Shown piece after piece: positions 55,572-64,000 of a DNA stretch of 64,000 nucleotides. The position numbers and the translations under genes were made by a program. The stretch is from Felis catus. Lineage: Eukaryota. The stretch lies in the NCBI RefSeq assembly GCF_018350175.1, contig NC_058368.1:93002001-93066000 (forward strand), written 5' to 3'. How positions within the stretch are numbered: the first letter of the stretch is position 1; each line of letters starts with the position of its first letter. Below the pieces are notes generated by a model. It saw only the letters and a program-made list of their open reading frames with translations, did no database searches and had not been told where the DNA came from.

Positions 55572-55690
55572 ATGCTAAACAAGAACTACTTCCTCTGCCC
55601 ACCTAAAGTGAATGCAGCAAGATATGAAAGAAGGGCTCTGATCTATTGGACGATCCTGGGCTCTGACCTCACTGACTTTGGGCAACATCA
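55572..55690 (+). repeat. 119-bp direct repeat, copy 2
   Basis: Matches 54642-54760, offset 930 bp. Confidence 0.97.
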
Positions 55691-56903
55691 GTGGGAACAC
55701 CAAGTCATTAAGAAATCTAGTATAGAGGTTGTGGGGGAGCAGATCTTGGGATGGATTTAAAATGGAAGCTCCCAAAATGTTGTCATCGAACATTGGCAGA
55801 ATGACTTTCCTTTGACTAGGAAAATAATCTAAAGTCCTCTTGCAGTGTTATTGTCCCCAACATGGAGGCTGAACTGCGGGTAAAGCAATGGCTCCATGCT
55901 GCTTATGGTTGGCATTTTCAAGGTGAAACAGCCTTTATATCTGTTACATAATGGAGTATCATCATAAAATACCTCGAATGTCTTGGTCCTGTGGTCACTG
56001 CTTCCAAATTCGGTACTGTTTCTATCAAGTCAGTTTATGTTGCTTAACATGGGAGGAATTAGCCAGCGAGACATTAAAATAATTCCCATTTGATTTTCTT
56101 ATATGAATCTCTGCTCAGCCCTTTCATGAGCTTTGCTTTATATGTCTCTTAAGCATTACTGCCTTTTCCATCGACATAATGCTCATTCTTCACAAGAGCA
56201 GAAGCTATAATTTGGCAAAGATACCAGGTATCTGGGACAATATCGTGGTTGTGGTAACATTTTATATTAAGAAAGCATCCCACACAGCATGGTTCATAGG
56301 CTATCCAGAACTTCAGTGGCATTTTTGCCTGATAAGAATTTCATATTGTCACATAACCACACACCCCTCCTCCCTTCCTCATTCCATTATCCTTCAGACT
56401 GGCTATAGATTCATCTCCTTTCTGCTGAGCCTGTTCTGGCCCCAGAGGACTGTCATTTCATTGCGCTTCTCAAGCTAGGTAAAAATGATGTTCCCCTTTC
56501 CTTCCCCACTGTTTTAGATGGACACATTTTTCATATTTAAGACAGGTGGGATGTGACTAAAAATTGCAATGCGCTTCTTTCCCAAAACAAGTTTATTTTT
56601 TGAATGCCAAAGATTTCTGTACCTTTCCAGGACAGCCTTAACCACCTTCCCATCTATTTTGCACATGGCCTTGGATGGTCTTGATTTAAGCATATATTAT
56701 ATTTCCTTTTTATAGATTGTCTTTGCTGGAAAGGAAGAAATTCTGACTTATGGTTAAACTAGTGATCTAACATATATAGGTGAAACTGTAAAAAAGAAGA
56801 CAAAGAAAGCCAACATGTGGGTTAAGCCTTGTTAAGTTACACTAGATTTTAAAAGGATGTGTTTGCAATTTGCCCACTTTCATTCAAATGAAAATGCATT
56901 TTT

Positions 56904-57107
56904 GGGCACCTGGGTGGCTCAGTGTATTGAACTTCCAACTTCAGTTCAGGTCATGCTCTCACAGTCATGAGTTTGAGCCCTGCATGGAGCTCTCTGCTGT
57001 CAGCACAGAGCCCACTTTGGATCCTGTGCCCTCTCTCTCTGCCCCTCCCCGCTCAGGCGTGCACGCGCACACTCTCTCTTTCAAAAATAAATAAAACATT
57101 AAAAAAA
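56904..57107 (+). mobile_element. Can-SINE
   Basis: TSD aaaatgcattttt. Confidence 0.9.
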
Positions 57108-57370
57108 GGTTTAAAATGCATTTTTTTGGTATATTTTGCAAGGAAGCACAGCCTTAGAATCACCCTTATGTTTTCCCAGTTTTTCATTGTCAGTTTTTAG
57201 TTACTGACACTGTACTGAACCTCTTGCGTTCATCAGTCTTTTCTAAAATGACAGCCAGGCAAGGAGAAAATCTGACTTCATCAGAAAGAGAGCTTGAGCT
57301 GCTGTAGCTGGCATCTCCATCTTAAGGAGATGGTTGAGCCTGACTTAGGCTTCCAAAAAACAGAAAAAGG

Positions 57371-57373
<3 letters not shown>

Positions 57374-57419
<46 letters not shown>

Positions 57420-57429
57420 CGTGCGCGCA
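57374..57429. repeat. (TG)n(CG)n alternating purine-pyrimidine tract
   Basis: 56 nt of strict alternation. Confidence 0.95.
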
Positions 57430-57467
57430 GGTCTCTTCAGGACTAGAAATGGCTGGGTAATCAAAAA

Positions 57468-57870
57468 TGTATATACATTTATATATTATAAAATTAAATA
57501 TACATATAGCATATAAAATATTCATAAAGTTACGTTTATATATCATAATAATTATGTATACATTTATATATATTTATATAAATAATTATAGTTGTATAAA
57601 TTTCTGTTGTAATATATAATACATATTTGTATAAATATAAATTAGTATTTCTATAAATATACTTATATGTATTTAATAAATTAAACATTAGATTACATAT
57701 ACTACATTATTACATATATTTTAAATATAAATAATATACATAATATGTAATATATAATTAATATAATATAATTTATAACATAATATATTATAACTATATA
57801 TATACATACATTTATGTATACATATGTATATACATAGATATGTGTGTATATGTATATATATATAATATTT
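57468..57870. repeat. AT-rich low-complexity tract
   Basis: Read directly. Confidence 0.9.
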
Positions 57871-58992
57871 GATTGCCACTTTGTGAATACCCTTTGAATT
57901 AGGGCAAGGTCAGTCATCATGGCCACTTTGGAGACGAGACCAAGCCGGGGAGTCTAACCTGTTTGAATCTTCACGTGACTGTGGGGACAGCCATAAGCTG
58001 TTCTCTGTGAGCAGATATGGGCCTGTAGGGCAGACCATCATCAGAGACTCCAGGGTCACTGGCACGAACTGACTGGAATTGCTCAGAAAAGCAAGTTCTA
58101 GTAAAGTCAGTTGGGATTTCGCCAGGCAGATGCTTGGTGCTTTTATAATCATTAGCGTCCACAGGTTTTTGAGCCTCGGGACTGGTCATTATGGGTTGGA
58201 CAGATACTGTCTTAGGAGGTGAAAGTCACCAATCATCAATACTGTGGCAAATGAAGTTAAAACAGAGAAGTCTGCAAGTTTCCAGAACCCAGCACATGAG
58301 CTGGCAAAAAAAAAAAAAACAAAAAAAAAACAAACAAACAAACAAAAAAAACAAACCCTGGAGTGCCATAAGTTTATTAACCGCCAGTTGGGAGTTCCGT
58401 GGAGCAGAACGGGGGACATAACCCTGTTTTCACGTAGCCCTATGTAACCAATTCACAGCCTCACCCCTGCTGAGTAGGCTGGTGGCTTCAGTTTTCTCTG
58501 TGTATAACACCAAGCATAAAACCTGGAGCAAAGTCAGCAATCAATCTGTAGTTGTTGGATAAGAGAATGAGTGGTGCATTCTGGATGTTTTGGTAATTTT
58601 TAAGGTCCGTTCCTCCCATCCTCAGAGCTAATTACATGAGAACACAGTTCCCCACTCACTCATCCCCCCCCCCCCCAACAGGCAAAAAAGCAAAATGAAA
58701 CAAAACAAAACACACAACAACAACCTGAATCATATGAGTTTAAATACAGAGACTAATAAAAATCTCCCCTCTCCAGGGACTTAGGAAGTGTGTTATAAGT
58801 TGTTTTTCACTCAGTAACTTACAGTTGTCCTTATTTATATTAAGGTCTATTTCTAAAGATGCTCATGTAGTAAGAGAAAAAAATGCTACAAATGGCTTCT
58901 AGGTCAGGCAACAAGATGAGACACAAAATTTCCACCCATTATCTCATTTATAAATATATATATTATATATAAATAATATATATAAATAATAT

Positions 58993-59042
<50 letters not shown>

Positions 59043-59116
59043 GCATTCCTACTTTGTTGTAGGGAGCATAAATATAAAAATGGTATAGTCTTTGCTGTCC
59101 AAGAATTTATAATATA

Positions 59117-59300
59117 CACTTGACACTTGAACAACACAGTTTGAACTGCACAGGTTTACTTATACATGGATTTGTTTCAGTAAATACTACTATAGATGCA
59201 TTTTCTCTTATTATTTTTCCTTCCTTCCTTCCTTCCTTCCTTCCTTCCTTCCTTCCTTCCTTCCTTCCATTCCTTTTAGAGAGACAGAGTGCACAATCAG

Positions 59301-59345
<45 letters not shown>

Positions 59346-59697
59346 TCCCAAGCAAGCACCATACTCAGCGCAGAGCCCGATGTGGGGCTCAATCCCACGA
59401 CCCTGGTATCATGACCTGAGCGGAAACCAAGAGTCGGACGCTCAAGCAACTGAGCCACCCAGGCGTGCCTATAGTTTTCTTAATAGTATATTCCTTTCCC
59501 TAGCTTTATTGTAAGAATATAGTATAAAATACACATAGAAAATATGTGTCCATCAACTGTTAGCAATAAGGCTTCTGGTCAACAGTGACTCTTAGTAGTT
59601 AAATTTGGGGTCAGTCAAAAGTCAGGCGTGGAGTTTTGACTCTGGAGGGGGAGGAGGGTCAGCACCCCTAAACCCCGAGTTGCTCAAGAGTCAGCTG
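59117..59697 (+). mobile_element. Tigger2a-like TcMar DNA transposon with nested (TTCC)n and an antisense Can-SINE (to 59469)
   Basis: TA|cacttgacacttgaacaac ... gttgctcaagagtcagctg|TA; TIRs and TA TSD. Confidence 0.85.
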
Positions 59698-59910
59698 TAG
59701 TAGGGTAAAGTTGTAAACAAACTCTAATACGAGAGAAAATAAGCTGAGGGACAAACACATGGGTGATTAAATCATAATTTCAAGACTTAGTGGAAGGCTT
59801 CCTAGGGAAGGAAACATTTGATTTGTTGCTTCAAATAAATAGAATTTCAAAAGGCCCAAAGTGAGGCAGGCTAGTACCATAGGAATGACCCAAATAAGTC
59901 TTCCCAAATA

Positions 59911-60151
59911 CAGTAGAACCTTGGTTTGCGAGCATAATTTGTTCCGGAAACCATGCTTGTAATCCAGAGCACTTGCGTATCAAAGCGAATTTCAAGAACC
60001 ACTGACTCAGTGGTGATCATGTGACGTTCAGCATCACGTACTACTCGTCTTGCAAGACATCACTCGTTTATCAGGTTAAAATTTATACAAATGTTTGCTC
60101 TATTTGCAGAACATTTGCAGAACAAGTTACTTGCAACCTAAGGTTTTACTG
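59911..60151. mobile_element. 241-bp Tc1/mariner-Tigger-type MITE
   Basis: TA|cagtagaaccttggtttgcgag ... cttgcaacctaaggttttactg|TA. Confidence 0.85.
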
Positions 60152-60191
60152 TACTTCCTTCATGAAGTTTACATCACCTATAATAACAAAA

Positions 60192-61306
60192 TTTTTTTTA
60201 ATGTTTACTTATTTTGAGACAGAGAGAGACAGAGTGTGAGTGGGGGAGGGGCAGAGAGAGAGAGGGAGACACAGAATCTGAAGCAGGTTCCAGGCTCTGA
60301 ACTGTCAGCACAGAGCCTGTTGCAGGGCTGGAACCCACCAGCCATGAGATCATGACCTGAGCCGAAGTCAGATGCTTAACTGACTGAGCCACCCAGGTGC
60401 CTCATCACATGTATTATTTTTTATTAGAATTTTCATTAAATTGATACTTATTTTTCTGGAATACTTTCATTGAAAAGGAACTTTGTAAATAATAAACCTA
60501 GATTACTTGCTGTAAATAATTCCAACCAATCCAACACCATTACTAAATTCTGATTTGACACTGTTCCTTCACTGCTGCTCAGAGCTGAGTCTAGCAGCTT
60601 GTTATAAAAGGAGATCAGCAGGTGTCTAAGGCTTGAACATGACCTACTAGCACTAAACAGATGCTTTTTCTTAGACATCTCAGAAGGACCCAAAAAGGAT
60701 CGAAATGAAAACAAACGACTGACTGAAGTGTATAGTATTTTTTAATCCAGTGTCTCTGTGCTAGTGACATTCATCTCAAATACCCCCTAAAACCTTAGCC
60801 TGGACCACTGCCTGCGTCTTGCACTTTTGGAAATTCTCCTAGAGATGGCACTGAGGGTCTGAAGGGCTTTAGGTGTCTGAGTAACACAAAGATTGCCCTT
60901 GGTTTAGAAGGAGAACCCTGTTGTGAAGAGCAGCTGGGAACAGGCAAATCAGCTGAGCCGCTTGGAACTTGAACCCATGAACCATGAGATCATGACCGAA
61001 GCCGAAGCAGAGGTTTAACTGACCAAGCCACCCAGGTGCCCCAAGAAGAGAGACTTGAAGAGAGGGGCAGTGGAGGGATTGATATTGGAGATGCCAGAAA
61101 GATGTTGAAAGAAGACAATCAGGTCATTAAGGGAAGCTCAGGTACCATCTTCATCTAAAGAGATGGGAAGAGGGGAAATGGGTGAAGGCCCAAAGAGAGG
61201 GAAATTCTTTTAAAAATATTTTTAAGTAACCTCCACCCATCGTGGGGCTTGAACTCTCAACCCCGAGAGTTGCATGGTCTACCATGAGTGAGTCAGCCAG
61301 GCGCCC
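60192..61306 (-). mobile_element. Antisense Can-SINEs: 60192-60401, partial about 60960-61042, short 61208-61306
   Basis: SINE bodies. Confidence 0.85.
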
Positions 61307-64000
61307 AGAAGAAAGTGAAATTCAGGGAATTCCCATCACATGACCTTTGGTCTCCATGGGAGACCAAATGGGAGATAAAGCTATGTATGGAAAGGAAACC
61401 TGGTGAAGAAATGACAGTGAATTCAGTAACGTAAGATACTATAATCTGTCTTACCCAAGGCATGAGTAAGCAGCTTAACTGTCATGATTTTAAATATGAA
61501 CTCTGCAAAAATCTTAAGATGTCGCAACCTCAGATACACACAGCTACCACGGAGATTCAGCTAGGAGCTAATGTGCTCTGGTTCTCGCCTGTCTTAAGGG
61601 CCCCACATTCCTAATTCTACATGACCTACACCAGCCATCCTAAAATGCACATATCTCTGTGTCAGAGTCACGGGATTTTGGAAGATGGTAGGGACTCTCA
61701 AGGTTACTTTGTCCAACTAGTAATTTAATTCGTGGATCCTGTCAACCACACCAAGGGTCATTCACCAAGGACCATACTTGGAACCTCAAAGGATGCCCTT
61801 ACCAACTCCTGAAAAAGCCTAGTCTGTCCTTGGACCAATTCGTTCTATTTTTAAATACACTAAAATTCTTCCAGAGCCTAATAAAAATGTTAGTATCTTT
61901 ACGGGCTGACTAAACCTGAGTTTCTTGGTGACGCCCTCCCCTGTACTAAACTTCACTAGAACAAGAAGTTGAGAATCATGCTTACATCTCAGTTAATGGC
62001 ACCAGAGTTTACCTGATACAAATATGGGGTTGCCTCTGTTCGGTGATGCTTAGAATTATTTAATTAAATATTTATAGTGAAAGACCATTTGAATACAGAT
62101 TTTGAGATGCCCTGTGTCTCTTTCTTTGGTGCTTCTAAAGGATTTTCATCTCAGACCTACCTGAGTACTTCTCCTCACCATCCACCATGGTGGATGTTAT
62201 ACTATGATGGCTGTGTGTTAGACCACAGACCGCAAGCTCTCTAAGAGAGTCATTTCTCTCTCATGCATCCCATCCGTCAACCACATGCCGACTGCCTGTA
62301 CCACGCTGTACCCTCCGGGTCCTCGCTGAGGACGATGACAAGTTCCATTCTACAGACTCCTCTGTGGATGAGTCAGCGCGCCTCGCCCAGGGCTGAGCAC
62401 ATGCAACCGCTCCATAAATAGCTGACAAACCAGTGGAATGTGCCGGAGAATGTGTCGGAGTAGGATACACTATTTCGCCGCTGGTTGGACAGATGAGATG
62501 AGATGCCACAGCCCTAGCTCAGGTCTCAAACCTCATAGGGTTGATGGTTTTGACAGGCATTCAGACAAACAACAAACAGAACTATGTGCCTGTACCCAGC
62601 TCCGGGGACATCCGAGGGCCACAGGGATGAGAAGGTGGGTAGAAGGCGTGGGGTGAAAGGAGCACATGCGACTGCCTCACTCCCTGCTTCCTCCTTCTGA
62701 CACTCAGCAGCCCTTCTAGCGTGAGCTCTTTCTCTGCCCAATGAGCACACAATTTCTGCCGGAGGTGGCCTCGACTCCCAGCACGGCTGATGTCACGCTC
62801 TTTTCAAAAATGTTTGAGGGGACGGCAGAGGTATGAATACGTGCAGGGTTGAACTTGCCCCGCTTTAGTGCTGTGGGAAGTTGGGGACAACTGGTACCAC
62901 TAGGTGACCGGTCACAGTCCAAGAGCACCTGTCATGGTCTTTCTGCCCCTTACTCTCCATGGGCAGCTCAGAGAAACACATTCCAGGGCTGGATTGCATC
63001 TGCTTCAACCCTGTCCTAGGGGTCACTTTCCTACTGTGTGTTACCTTTGCTCTTTGCTGTCCTAGTAGTGATAAATTCTCTCTGTTGGCTCCTTGGGGCA
63101 TAGTTTTGCTTTATTTCAGATGGGAAGGAAAAGACTTGCAGTGCTTTGAGATTGAGTCTTTGGGTTCTTTGTCTAGCCTGTGCAGAAATGAGCAAATAGG
63201 TTTTTTTTCCCCCTAAAAATAACTGGAGAATAAGGATGTTCATATTCTCCTCAGTCAAGAAGACCAAACCCAGAATTTTGGATGGCAGGGAAAAAAAGAG
63301 AGGGTAACATTCCCTTTGGTTACATTCATGAAATAATTGTATCTGACTGTATGTGAGCTATGGTCTTCTTGGGTTTTGTGATTCCAAAACTTTATTGAAA
63401 AGCTCAGAAATTAGGAGAAACAGAGAAGCGAATAAAGTGTGTTTCACAGACCCTTCCAAATATCCAGCAGTCTTTTTTGTATTAAATAAACAGCATAAAG
63501 GAGTTTTTTTTTTAAATACCTTCAATTATGTTCTCAAGTTAGAGCACCATTGAATCTTATGTTTTTGCCTTTCCTTTATTAAAATTTCACAAATTAAAAA
63601 GAGGGCAAACATTTCCATGAGAATTTTGCCGAGACATACTGCCTATCCATACCTAAATATGCTTGTAGCTCTGGGAGGGACTCCTTCTTGGGAACTTAGG
63701 TGAAAAAGAAACTACGCATCGAAAATGGATCTGCTTTACTCATTTGTAAAATGGAGGAGTTGGACTTACCAGTTCATTGCCTTCCACCTCAGATCCCGGG
63801 CTTTGCCTCTGTGATGATTTGGAGGCTGTTGGCACATGCCCTAGAGATGTATCTTTAGTCCCATGACCAAGTTTTGCTGATCCATTTATGTTGTTGAGCC
63901 CAGTCTAGCACTGTGCAGTATAGTGATACATTGTGATAAAGAATAATCATTCCCAGGTTCTCAGGGAGGCTTGATATCCTTAGTGAAACCACTAAAATAT

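Noticed and set aside
54438..55760. Two ORFs sharing NYFLCPPKVNAARYER.ALIYWTILGSDLTDFG
   Set aside because: Explained by the 119-bp DNA duplication; no recognisable protein and no convincing splice sites, so not called as duplicated exons

Overview
Mammalian genomic DNA, almost certainly felid: it is dense in tRNA-derived Can-SINEs of the SINEC_Fc type. The only recognisable coding sequence is one 419-nt internal exon (35520-35938, + strand) of KCNN2, the SK2/KCa2.2 small-conductance Ca2+-activated K+ channel, encoding S3-S5. Everything else appears to be its two long flanking introns. These hold about 57 Can-SINEs (about 42 antisense and 15 sense by my manual count), L1, L2, MIR and MaLR remnants, hAT and Tigger DNA transposons, and microsatellites. 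There are no prokaryotic-type systems. The most interesting signals are a recursive-splice or 4-nt microexon motif at 42186-42277, inverted SINEs bracketing the exon (a circRNA architecture), a 119-bp non-TE local duplication with junction microhomology, and head-to-head SINE pairs. One pair shares a single endonuclease site and one is fused at the tip. Repeat family names and boundaries were read by eye and are approximate.
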